64,000 nt of DNA from Balanoglossus misakiensis (lineage: Eukaryota > Animalia > Hemichordata): the NCBI GenBank assembly GCA_040954595.2, contig CM082582.2, positions 13,824,154-13,888,153 on the forward strand, given 5' to 3'. The position numbers and the translations under genes are program-made. Shown one piece after another: positions 25,401-37,532 of the stretch (the stretch's first letter is position 1; the number at the start of each line of letters is the position of its first letter). Below the pieces are notes generated by a model. It ran no database searches. It had not been told where the DNA came from and worked only from the letters and a program-made list of their open reading frames with translations.

Positions 25401-26680
25401 TTACACAGCCTGTCACCCCAATTCTAACGTAGTATTTGTAAGGTTAGACATTCTCCTGTATTTATGCTCACATCTAAGTCAAAAAGTCTTGATGATAAAT
25501 CAAAATGTACGTGCTTATCTGAGTATATCTAAAAACGTTCGCTTCCTTTTGTAGACACCGACTAGATTCCAAAAACGTTATACTAGTAATACTGTCGCAA
25601 TTTCGGCTTTTATGAAAGCATCGATCCTGATGATTAAACGATACCCTCTACCACCATGAAATAAGTGAAGCCAGTAGTAAAAGATATGCCATGTATCACG
25701 TTCTAAGCCTCAGCTGGCGAGTGGAAAGATATAGGTAAACATTTGCTTAGGGGAATTATATTTGGACATATTATTTCGAAGGATACAAACATTCTCTGAA
25801 GAGCTGATAGATTTTCCTCACTATACACACGTCTGAATTAATTGTTGCAATTAGAACAGACATACATATTTTCGGTAACCGAAGCCAGCCGAAATCTGTG
25901 TCAGTTTCAAATATTTTAGGGTCTCGGGTTATTTACCCCATCCCGAGGCAATTTCTAAACACATACTATCAATAATTGGATTTTAGGTGGTTTGTGCGAA
26001 ACCGAAGAAAGATCCGGAAATTGACTTCTCACGGAAATTATTGTTGTTGGTTTTCCCAATGCCATATCGCAGTGACATTGACATCTTCAAATCAATATTG
26101 AAACCATTGAAGGTATGCTATTAAAAGATACAGCAATCAGTGGATCTAGAATTGCTGATATACATTGGCTACAGACCAATACCTTTTTGCATTTCATGAC
26201 CACTCAAGGTGGAAGAAAACACCAATTAAACTCTGATTAACTCTGAAATAAAGGAATATTTTCAGGTAGACATAAGTGCCTCGTCATCAGCCATTTCGTT
26301 AATGTTTGTGACCTTTTTAATTAGTATCAAAATGGATTTCCATTGTTCCTCCCATCTTGGTGTGTAACGAGTACAACTGTGGTCGAGTGTCATAAATGAC
26401 TCGACTTTTCTTAAAAAATAAATCCAAAGCGAACGTTCAATTAAGTATTGTGTTCAGATTTGGGGAATTTAAAATATTAAAGCGATTGCCAGGCCATGAC
26501 AAGTCACTGATCCCAAGATAATGTAACTGACACCGCAGTAAGGTATGCACAGATGGGTGATTTTAATGAAATATACATGAAAAAGACGTCATTTTCGTTT
26601 TCTGTGAAGGTGTTTTTCGACCAGTGACACATCTCATTACACCTGCTCTTAACAAGTCACAGTAACGATTCATGATCGTG

Positions 26681-27155
26681 CTAGCACAGGGGGCTGCAAA
26701 CATGAAAGTTATAAATGGCGAAGTACGTTCCGTTCTGCGTTTTCCCAACCTGTCTTATCATTTGCTAATCCATAATAAAAGCTATCGCATTTCCCATTAA
26801 TCACCTGCTAACGACTTAATCTGTGTGCCCCATCCACGGATTAAGTTGATAAAGCAAACATCGGTCAGCGAGTACTGGGTATAACAAGAGGGTTCTTCTT
26901 TTACTGAGTGAGAACTGACCGATGTTTACTTTATCCACTAAATCCGTGGATGGGGCATACAGATCAAGTCGTTAGCAGGTGCTTTATGGGAAATGCGATA
27001 GCTTGTATTCTGGATTAGCAACTGATAAGATAGGTGGAGGTAACACAGAAAAATAAACAAGCACAAAGACTGTTCATCAAGTAATGTTTATTGGGGGAAA
27101 ATGCAGGAACTCCGCCATTTATAACTTTCGTGCTTGCAGCCCCCTGTGGTGCTAG
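26681..27155. mobile_element. Foldback (long inverted repeat) element, about 475 bp
   Basis: Inner arms 26753-26868 and 26915-27030 are about 115-bp reverse complements with scattered mismatches. Outer arms are CTAGCACAGGGGGCTGCAAACATGAAAGTTATAAATGGCG and CGCCATTTATAACTTTCGTGCTTGCAGCCCCCTGTGGTGCTAG. Confidence 0.85.
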
Positions 27156-27961
27156 ATAGAACTTTGGCCTAGCATTGGTAGGGATTAGACGACGGAAAAT
27201 TGGAGATTGTAATGATGGTTCTATAAAGGCGTCTGCTGTGTTCCTGTTCGTCAACTAAAATTTAATCACTCTGGGTGTGCAAATCATCACCCGCTAACGA
27301 ACAGATGGTGAGATGGCTCGGAAAATGTTTACTGCAGGCTATAGTTGTTAGTTTTAATTGGCAAGTCAACATGATGAGTAAATGTTTGAGTGTGACAGTA
27401 CGTGTCAATTGTCATTTATGAGGTAAAAGAAAGGGCGCGCTTGTTAGGCTTGAAACTAATGGCCGACATTTGCTAGTCTTATCTTCGCATTGTGACACCA
27501 CATAATATTAATGTTATTTTTCACTTTCATGAATAACAAAGCAAAGTTTTAATCACTTTCTAAAATTACAAACAATGCTAAACGTGATCATGTCAACCTC
27601 TAGAGAATATTGTGTCTAGTCACAATTAAATTTAAAACTCGTGCGCATGCACAGCCATTCGAATTACATGTACTTTTATTGACTCTGCATGCTGGGCCAA
27701 TCTTCATCATTATATTGTGCAATCAAAGCTATGCAATAATCAAGATTGCTAGCGTTTTGTTAATATTTTTGTATTTGAACATTTCAACAATAATCGGATT
27801 TCATGACCAGGGGTCAAGTTAGGGATATAAGCGACAAAGTAATGCAGGGCCAAAGAAGGATAGCATTAATCAGAGAAGTAAATTAAATGGAATTGTAGGC
27901 GTTCTCACACTCCAGGCATGCTGAGAGTGTGGGATCAGAGTGTGAGAACAATACACCCAAT

Positions 27962-28598
27962 GCGAATCTCGCGAACGCGCAAGGTTTCATGGGAAATCGC
28001 GGAGCGGAAGTGCGGAAAATGACCAGACGACGCTGGGATTTAACACGGAAGAGACCGATTTTTGTGTGTAAATCGTCAAAATACGAAGGGTCATATGGTT
28101 TTTAGATAAAACGACACCAAGTACTCGTTGATACACTCACTGGTGAGTGCCCCTACGTATGTTTTTAGACTGAAATATTGTATATCGGAAAGATATCGTA
28201 GTTTTTCGTGTGCTTTAGCGGCGAGCGATCGGGTCCACAATGTTTTATACACTGGCCCGGCCCCCTTGCGGGAACATTGAACATCCGTTTGTTTTGTGTT
28301 TACAGAAATATTTCGGTGAAATATAGGGCGTACTGCAAGACATTTTTTTCTGAAGCGTCTATGTTCCTCTGGTACAGACAGATTTAAATATTAAATCGGA
28401 AAAATTACGACGTCAACAAAAATGTGAAGCCGACATCGTACCGCGAGACTACGTGCTGCACATACGCGGACGGCCGGGCGCTGTTTTCTTGGCAGCCGAG
28501 GACCTGTACGTTCGCGTAGCGTTGTTTCGTAGCGTCGTCTGGTCATTTTCCGCACTTCCGCGAATTCCCATGAAACCTTGCGCGTTCGCGAGATTCGC
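27962..28598 (+). mobile_element. About 640-bp MITE with about 70-bp TIRs; same family as 12975-13591
   Basis: Left TIR GCGAATCTCGCGAACGCGCAAGGTTTCATGGGAA...GGAAGTGCGGAAAATGACCAGACGACGCT. Right TIR AGCGTCGTCTGGTCATTTTCCGCACTTCCG...TTCCCATGAAACCTTGCGCGTTCGCGAGATTCGC. CpG-rich relative to flanks. Confidence 0.9.
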
Positions 28599-28795
28599 GC
28601 TCACAAAATCGACGGCTGCATATAACGCGAGCGCTTATTGGCTGACAAAACGTTCTTTTATATTAACGCCCGCTAAATGATATCCAATGGCGCAGTGCGG
28701 TGTTCATTACAATGACAGAAACTACAGCGTGCAAGACGATAATTACACAGTCAATTATTCAATGTTTCTATAAGAATTTGGCTAATTTGTGGCCG

Positions 28796-31507
28796 TGTAA
28801 GGATCCATTATTAAATGTGTTTTATTTTGGCATGGTGTTGTTGTATGGCTTCACTTGCGTGGGGTGTTGCCATGGTGACCTTTACTGGGCTAGCTGCAGC
28901 GCTGACAAGCTGGGATGGAGGGGTTTCCCCATCTCCCAATCAGAAGTGTGTTCTGGGTCACGTGTTTAGCCTGTCCACCATGTATTTTTGGGGATATGTT
29001 GAAGCAGGAAAGCAACGTTTGGACTCTGTGCAACTTTTTACTGATTAGTCCTGTTTTATCCCTACCGGATATTCAGCCCCGGGTCACCGATCGCGAGATT
29101 TAAGACATGTTTACCTTAGCAGTTCGGTGTGGGCCGATATTTTCGTCAAGACGCGTGCGAGTTCCGACCGCCGTGTTTGGAGACAGCACTGTTTGTGAGA
29201 GGTGGACCGTTCTGCGGTATTGTTAGGGCAACTTTGGTTCAGTCGCACGTCGATCAGCGGTCAGGTTTGGTCGGTATATGTTGTTTGTTGAGGACCGTTG
29301 TATTTGTTGTGTGCAAAAGAGGCCACAGAAGTTAGGGGTGTGTTGCGCTCTGGGCACCGTACTCCTCACGGGATCTGTTAACGCAGGTCAACGCAACTAC
29401 CCAGGGCTTTTGTATCGCCTTCTTTTGCTATGATTTGAGATCTATACAGTGTTCATTTAGGCATTTATCTTTCGATCAGATCTCTGTGTCAACAGTTTGA
29501 TTATATGTCTATGTATACTCTGTACAACTTAGGTTGCATCTGTACGTATGGATGGATGTATGTCTGTATGTATGTATGTCCGTCCACATCAAAAACTTGA
29601 AAACTGCTGCGTGTATCACCTTGATATTTGGTGTGCAGATGCAAGCCTGCCTGAAGATGGGAGTTTCTTCAAATGAAGTTGTCATTGCCAAAGTTATGCA
29701 AATTAGCAGGGAAATGTGAATTTGGTCAAAACTTAGTAAATCAAGAACTACTGGTCGATTGCTTTGCAAATTGGTGTGTATTTACTTCATTGAAACCTTA
29801 CAAAGATTTCTTTCATTTTGTGGTGACACCAGAAAGTGGCTAATTTTTGTCATTTTTAGTAAAATTCTTTTCTAAAATAACTTCCAAATTCTTATAAAAA
29901 ACATTTGAGGGTGTGCAGAGGTGGGTTCTTTCATTTTTTCCTAATCAAGGTGAAGAATTCAATAGTATATTTTTGGGGTAATTTTTGCCATTTTTGGTCA
30001 AAACTCTTTCTCAGAACCGTCTACCCCCATTGCCTTGAAATTCGATTTGAAGGTTCCTGGGTGTAATCTCATGATGATTTTAATACAAAACCTATAATGA
30101 AGAAAGTGTCAATAATTTGTGGGGGCAATATCTTGTATTTTGGGGGCATATTTTCTAATTTTGATAAAAAAATTACATTTATATATTTCTCAGAGTCAGA
30201 AATTATATCCATTGGCTGAAATTTGAGTTGTAAGTTAATGGGAGGGGCTTCTGTAGAATTATAATGGATTCAAATCGTAGGTAATTCAGAATTTTTATAT
30301 TCTGTCTGTAGGATATTTATAATACCATAATTTTTTTTATCTCGAGAATAGAATTTACCGGTACATAGTTCTTTGTAATTAGGGAGAACTGCCCTGCTCA
30401 GATTTGTACACAGCAAATTCTTGCATGTTTACATAACTGGCTAACTGTTAAAGAGACCAGCTGTTCTATTTGGTGTATGTACAGTACAAATGCCATTGGC
30501 AGCTTATGGGTCAGTCAGTGTTTGCCCGTTCATCTCTCTCTATGTGTGTGTGTGTGTCTGTCTGTCTGTCTGTATATGGCCATGTACTCAGGTGTAGACT
30601 TTTTCTTGTGTAATCCCTGAATGGGACCAGTGTCCTTTAATACTTAGAAAACATTGTGTCCTGTAATTGTATCATGGCTAATTTATCGCAGGAAAAGTAG
30701 GTTGTTTTCAACAGTAAGGTTGATTCCGGGTTCCAGAGAGCAGACGTTAATTCTGCTGTAATTTCTGAAGAAGCCCTGAAAACTCAACTCGTTTCATCGG
30801 GCACAGGGAGGTGGTCAGGCAGGGGTTGGGGTAGATATCTGAGCGTTTCCCCAAGGACAGTTGGTCGAAATACTAGGGATGAACGTGATATCGGTAGATG
30901 GTTAGATATGGAACGGTCATTTTGTGATATGGCACAATGACTTCAAACATTTATACAACCATTTGAGGAAAAAGGGCGAACAAATTTAGGTAGTGTCCAC
31001 AGTACGCCTTAAACCCCGGTGTGGAAAGTACTGGGGTTCGGATTAATGTGTGTTTGTACAGTTGTTTATTTGGGAGTGGTCGTCGTGCATAATGACTGTG
31101 TAATTGATCTCATGTACCGGTACACGGAAAATAATTGAACACTTTACACTTCCACGCGATTGACAACTGTTTGAATGGCGTGGTTATTTTTTCCCAGGGA
31201 CGCTTCTGAAAAGCACTGAAACCAGATTTCTCCCAAAATCATCGTTGTTTCAAAGGCTCGTGTACTTTTTCGTCGATAACTTTATGTTGTGTGTGTTTAT
31301 AAAGCCAACTACTGTCGTTGTGTGGTGTAATTCTTTATGCTTGGACCTGTTTGGGCTGATTTTCATAGAGCCAAGATCGTTGGTGTTGTCTGTTGTCAGT
31401 CAAATGGCATTAAGATTTGCCACTGATTTGAGGGGTCTTTTATACCCCGCACCGGGGTTTAACAAGGCATTGCGGACAGCGCCCTCATGCGTCAGGTGGC
31501 GTTAACA
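28796..31507. mobile_element. Possible LTR-like remnant (G/T-rich, TGTAA...AACA ends) interrupted by a microsatellite-bearing element
   Basis: Compositionally distinct G/T-rich block starting TGTAAGGATCC and ending GGGGTTTAACA (31464) or GGCGTTAACA (31507). No TSD, PBS or coding remnants could be confirmed. Confidence 0.25.
29500..30420 (+). mobile_element. Helentron/HINE (DINE-1-like) non-autonomous element, degenerate
   Basis: A (GTAT/GTCT)n microsatellite near the 5' end (29545-29585) is followed by degenerate internal repeats with TTGATATTTGG / TTGCAAATTGG / TTGAAATT cores and TTTTTG.CATTTTT.GT blocks. This layout is typical of such elements in marine invertebrates. The family assignment is inference. 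Confidence 0.45.
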
Positions 31508-31966
31508 TCTGAGGTGCTTTGATTGAATAGCTGAAGTCTATACACAATACACAAATGAACCCAAATCCTATTAATGTTATTCATCCTCTGCATCCCAGAT
31601 CATTTGAATAACTATGGAGACCAGAACTTTCCACTCAATTTAGGAAATATTATTCAATGACTGACAGTAATTTCTTTTCTTCAAAAATTAGCTAAAATTG
31701 ACAATAGCAACAAATATTCATATGGAAGCTAAAAAAATGGGCTTTCAAATGATGCTATAGTGATTATAAAAATACAAAAATTCCACTACATTTTACCTTA
31801 CTGAATATAGTTGAACACTGTTTAAAATATGTTTTAATTTATTTTCAGCAACTACAGTTTGTCTTGAATAAACATAAACAAAATATAGAGTCTGGTTGTC
31901 TTAATTTATTATAATATTTTGTTTTCCCTTTTACACTTGTGTGTTGTCACATGGCATTAATTAAAT

Positions 31967-32540
31967 AATAACACATGTTAGCAAGGGCAATATAATGATC
32001 TTTAGCCTGCTCGAGGGATGGTGATCCCTGACCATAATATTGATATTGTCCGAGTGTCATGTGTTATTAATTTTATTACACCGAACATTTGACCATACAT
32101 ACCGGTACAGCATAGAGGGTTGCGTGCATGTCGTACGTTGCAGGTTGCAGTGAACTAAAATATCTCGCTGTACCTACTTCGAACTCAGATAATCTTGAGG
32201 AAACTGCGCTGTTGGTTGCGACTTTGGTGTATTGACTGTCCGTTTGCATTAAAATATCGTCCAGTTGAACAGGTGTTAATCCTGTGTGTCGCTTTGAAGC
32301 CATATATGTGGGAGTTGACTGATTGTGAAGGAAGCCATTGAACGACAGTTTATTATGCGCAGAACCTAAAACCTGTTCTCAGAGGTTAATATACTCTCAC
32401 TGCGCGCGTATCGCCGGCCCGTAGCCCCTACCTACAGGCCATAGACTCTGTCAACCATGTAATATCACGTTTTTTTCTATGTCACGTGGTACGGTCTCAG
32501 CCAATCAAGAGTACGGAATACAGAGTGAGGTGTAATAATA
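31967..32540 (+). mobile_element. Element with terminal hairpin and GTCACGTG...CCAAT tail (Crypton-like non-autonomous, tentative)
   Basis: Degenerate palindrome AATAACACATG...CATGTGTTATT (31967-32068). GTCACGTG at 32481, CCAATCA at 32501, ends GTGTAATAA. Confidence 0.5.
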
Positions 32541-35500
32541 TCAGTTGCCAGTCAGATGAACTGCTTGTGCTCAAGCAGTAGCTGGTATGATGACATGCAA
32601 CCATGTTCATGCAATGCATTAACATTGATCCCCCACTCAACTTATTTTGCGGGCATTTAATATATCATGTGGCCATGCTATTTGTATTACACCATGGCCT
32701 TATCAATCGACTGCTCCAAAAAAGGCATAAAATTAAGCTTGAAATGACATGAACGATCTCTAAAAGGGGTCGCTTTTTGAACATAAGATCACAATTGGGG
32801 TCACCTCAGGGCAAGGCGAGGTTGTTGTTTACATGGAAAATACTTCCGAAGTTTTTCATATCTGTTCATAAACATGATCTTAGCAATGCCTGGTACTTAA
32901 AATCTGTCACCAGTGACACGTGGTTATATATACAGCAAAAACTCACGACAATAAATGCCTGTGGTATTTCGAATCATCAGCCTTTCCGTACTAAAAATAG
33001 TACTTCCAAACGATTGTTAGGACCAGATTCCGCCAAATATACACAGTAATTTATTAAAAATTCAAGTACCGATAACCAAGTAATGTTGCATAAGTCGCCT
33101 GGTGCTTCCGGTTAGAGTTCAACGGCTGGAGATTTAAATTGCCAATAGCGGCAAAATTTCAAATGGTCACATTTTCTTGGCGGGAAAAGAAAGCCTAACA
33201 TGTTTAATACGTCACTAGAAACTGATAACACGTATTTCACAGGAAACCGTTGCGTATCCCACACTTTTTGAATAACTGGAAGTTGGCTGCACCCCCTGTG
33301 GGTGCTCTGGGCTGCATAGGGTTATTAAACAAATGTTTCCATAGAAATATGTAAGTCTCCGCATGGTGGGTGATTCTCACTGGTTCATTTTGATTGAGTT
33401 TTTTGCATCGAGGTTCTTTTGCTTTAAAGGGTTATTTCTTTATGTACAAGGCATAAGTTTTCCTACACTTTATTAATCTTCATGCCATGATTTTCTTTCT
33501 ATGCTTCTCTCTGAACGATGAGTTAAGTAAGACTACACTCATTGATAATAATCATAATGATACTTGCAACAATACGATAAAAGCTAGTATCGTAAATTTC
33601 TTGATTTATTCTTAGCTTGTTATACATGGACCTGTCAAACTGTACGTAAATGAAATTTGATATTGTTCTTTCATTAGTTTTATAGCCAGATCCGTTCTTG
33701 AAGTCGTCGAACGCCTGTTAGTGGACTTTTTGATGTTGAATTTTAAACACTCTATTCAATCTTAATCTAATCCTTTAACAAGCGTTTTCCTCTGTTAGTG
33801 AATTTCATCAGTAAACCCAATTGATGTTTTTTGTCTTTCCATGCCTGGGGACGGAAACACATAGGCAACAAATAGAGAATGATTGAAAGCTAGCTTATTT
33901 CCACGGCAAGATGATTTAGCCAATATTCCCCAAGTCATGTCTTTACAAATGTAGCTAATTTGTCAGGATATTTAATTTCACTTTTGACCTCGATTTGTGA
34001 GGTAAACGCTTTCAAACAACACAAATCGGAAATGTGACAAACTGGGCTGAGTCGGCGGCCTGCTGGATGATTCATGTCAATTAACAGTTAGCACGCCTAC
34101 GCCTGACTATATCACCGATGGATATTGTGAGCATGGTGCGTCTGATTTTTCATGTCTTTCAGGTATAGATAGCAACCATGATATTTCTTCTGTTGAAGAA
34201 AAGTAAACAATGTTTTTAATGGACATTACTTTGACTAAAGAAATCCGTATATGATTAAATTGAGTGACAAGTGACACTTTAATCTGGAGCTGGCACTGTT
34301 ATCACATGGTTGCCACTGAACATCACATTTATTACATCACTCTGTGACACTCCATTACTTGAATCGGTTACACCAAAACTATCCATAAAGATTATCACAT
34401 ATTGGGTACATTTCTGATATCCCCATCCTTGCCTTTAAGCAGTTGGAAAATTAGAGCGATGAAATATGCCATACACGTGCCCAATTAGAAAAATGTTATA
34501 AATTTGAACGTAAAAGTCAAAATTTTAAATAAACAAAATATTAACAATCTGATTGGCTGTAATTTCACTTATGGATAATGGTGAAGAGATTGGTCAGTGG
34601 AAAATTTCGTCAGTTGAACTTTTCTGTTACCTTTAGAGTGTAACATTATCTAAACAGAGATGATTTGTCGTACCATCATGATCAAATCCAATCAACAAAA
34701 GTCTAAAGTATCCTTGCAAACCAATAATAGGATGGATGTTGTGCTTCCATTATCTAATCATTGAGCGTCTGTTGTACCCCCATGATTAAATCATGGATCA
34801 TGGTAATACCCTCTTGGTTTCAATTGTGGTTGGCGACAGGGCAGCTATTCCTCCATGATCAAAGGTCTGTTAAATGTTACTTACCGCGCGCAGTAGTCAG
34901 GCTGCATGCCATTTCTACCCAACATGGTGTAGCAACTCACTATACTGACATACAAATACATCAAGTTTTTAAAATATGAAACCGTGTGTTTTCTTTGACA
35001 AAGGTGAGAATTCTACAATTGGTAAGGCTGCGTTTACCTTTGTAATGTTCAGACACACTGCACAGAAGGGGTGTGTCATGTCACAAAAATGTTGAAATTA
35101 GTAAAATGCAATCATTCGTTACATATTTGCATCGATACTCAACTTCATTCTGTGGAGATTATTTTCACCCGGCATCAAGCGTGTACCTACAGCTTTCCTT
35201 TCTGCGTGACAGATCAAAGGTTTAGGACCTAATGTTTTACTGCTCAGCCTTCGGAAAAGACGCTCCATTGAAGATTGGAAAGTTTTCACTAATAATGTTA
35301 CGGACGGGAAAATAAGCATGGCGCTATGTGGCAATTAAGCTGTGGAAATCGTCTGTCACATTGAATCAAGGGCATCCAGCTTGTTGCATGTCCTTATTCC
35401 GCCATGTGTGGTCGCTTCCGGGCATTGAGTGAAGTGACGCTTTCTTTTTGGAACTTTTCGATCCGTAAATTTGTTTTGCCTGAGGAATAGCTATCCAAGT

Positions 35501-36251
35501 TTTGATAATTGGATCCCGTGACTACTTACTGTCGCCAAGGCTGATGTAGTTAAAATCTTCTCAGTGGTTGGTCGGTTATACATGTTGCTGGAAACCCAAA
35601 TGTACGGACTACGTGTTCAATTATGGCAGAATTCATGCTTATACAGCTGGGAACCGGAAGTTTGATATTAGTACACCAGAAATCAAACAGAGCAGTGGCA
35701 TGCGCGAAGACCAGTATGACTTTCTCATGCATGAATTGTCTTTCACTATACGTGTCATGGTCCCTCTATCCCGTGGTAGTGTCAAGCAACGAAAATGACA
35801 GACATAACACACAAATACCGGTATATGCACATACACACAAACACACACGTTTATGATAACAGATTGGTAACACTTCTAACAGAACATCACTCTCAATTAT
35901 TAGAAAATCAAATAACGAAGTCCACTGCAAAATAATAACAGGTCACTGAAAAATAATAAAGGGTCATCTGGTACGAACGCATTTGTTATGTAGTATATAA
36001 CAAATTTAATCAGCTCAAGTTTTCAAATTAAAGTAAATGGAAATGTGCAACTTGAACTAATAGATCACCAAAAGCCTTGCCCCATACTTTAACTAATGAA
36101 ATTTACGTTCACATGAAGCTAATGCTTTTTGTAATTTCTGTAGCCTGATCACGAAGGGGTCTGTTTTAATACAAATGTTAATTAAGGTGTGTGCTAACAG
36201 CCTGCACTGAAGACAGAGAGGTGTATGCGTGGGTTTAAATATAACACATTA

Positions 36252-37090
36252 GGGAGCCTTCAGTTTTTACAGGGGTGGGGGTGGGGGGGGGGGGAGGGCG
36301 GGGTGATTAAGCGTACACCTGGACTCTAAAATGTGATCCTCCCCATATCCTTCCTTCTAAAATGTGACCCTCCCCCTTGTCCGACATTGTAAAACCTAAC
36401 TCCCTATCCCACCACTTTAGGACATTGTATGCCATGATGTACAGTACACTGATGTATTGTGTGTGCAATCAACATATAGCAAGGGGTCTTTGATATTAAC
36501 TATTTCACCACCATGATTTGTCTTTAATCTAATGTATCTATTGTTTTATATATATGGCAAAGTTGGACCTCTACTCGGGCAACTTAGGGTGAAAGTGTTG
36601 AACAATATGACAGAAGCTGTTACTTTTGTTCCATGATGATGATGGTGGCGGTGGGGGTTGTGGTGTTGGTGGTGGTGGCGGCGTGGGTGGTGGTGTTTGG
36701 GGTTTTGGTGGTGGTGGCGGCGTGGGTGGTGGTTTTTGGTTGTGGCGGCAGCGTGGGTGGTGGTGTTGGTGATTTTGGTGGTGGTGGCGGCGGCGTGGGT
36801 GGTGATGATGATGATGACACTGATGTGTAATTGGGTAGAATCTCCAGTTAAAGGACAGTGGTCTGATACTGTTGTCTTGTTGTGTTTACATGTTTTTGTT
36901 TCAGCTTGTCTCTCCTGGGGAGAACAATGATTGGTGATTTTGTATTCAGGCATTTTCAGCTGTAAAAGTGACCCACCCCCAAAGATAGGTTTGTAAAAAG
37001 TACGTGACCCTCCCAAAAGATTGGTTTATAAAAAGTGACCCACCCCCTGATTCCCCTGGCCCACCCCTACTGTAAATACTGAAGGCTCCC
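36252..37090. mobile_element. PIF/Harbinger-like MITE (839 bp) with TTA target-site duplication
   Basis: TIRs GGGAGCCTTCAGTTTTTACAG and CTGTAAATACTGAAGGCTCCC. TTA on both flanks (36249-36251, 37091-37093). Subterminal GTGACCCTCCC/GTGACCCACCC repeats. Confidence 0.85.
36633..36818. repeat. (GGT)n-rich minisatellite inside the Harbinger-like MITE
   Basis: Repeated GGTGGTGGCGGCGTGGGTGGTGGT units. This is the source of the His/Thr/Pro/Val-rich spurious ORFs. Confidence 0.85.
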
Positions 37091-37225
37091 TTAGCACAGA
37101 AGTCCTGTGTCAATCAAGTGAACAAAATGTGGAAATCGTAAATAACCTAGACTTTTGTCAAAGCTCACCAAGAATGTAATAATATTGTTATTAGCACCTT
37201 TGATTGGCAGATCTTGGATTATTTA

Positions 37226-37532
37226 AGCAATAAAACACCCCCAGCCATGGTATACCACGAGATTTTGACCAGTTCACGACATATACGCACGAGCGATAGC
37301 GAGTGCGTATATGGAGTTGAACTGGTCAAAATCGAGTGGTATACCATGGCTGGGGTGTTTTATTGCTATTATATTATGCCAGTATATTGAAACTTTGCAT
37401 AAAACATTTTAAAAAGGCATTTTCTTTGACTATGATATATGACTGTGGTATATGGCTAATATATCACGGTCACGTGTCGTGTCTCGACCAATCAAATAGC
37501 GTAATTTACACCATCAATATACTGGTATAATA
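37226..37532 (+). mobile_element. Element with 142-bp terminal hairpin and GTCACGTG...CCAAT tail (Crypton-like non-autonomous, tentative)
   Basis: Near-perfect palindrome 37226-37367 centred on GAGCGATAGCGAG. GTCACGTG at 37469, CCAATCA at 37488, ends GGTATAAT. Confidence 0.7.

Noticed and set aside
31470-31483. GGACAGCGCC, the right half of an RE1/NRSE motif
   Set aside because: The left half (TTCAGCACC) is not matched and the site is in a probable repeat.
35568-35798. ORF beginning MVGYTCCWKPKC, superficially THAP-like
   Set aside because: It lacks the FP, W and C-x2-H motifs and has no true ATG start.
36546-37016. His/Thr/Pro-rich and Val/Gly-rich ORFs on both strands
   Set aside because: Artefacts of the GGT minisatellite inside a MITE.
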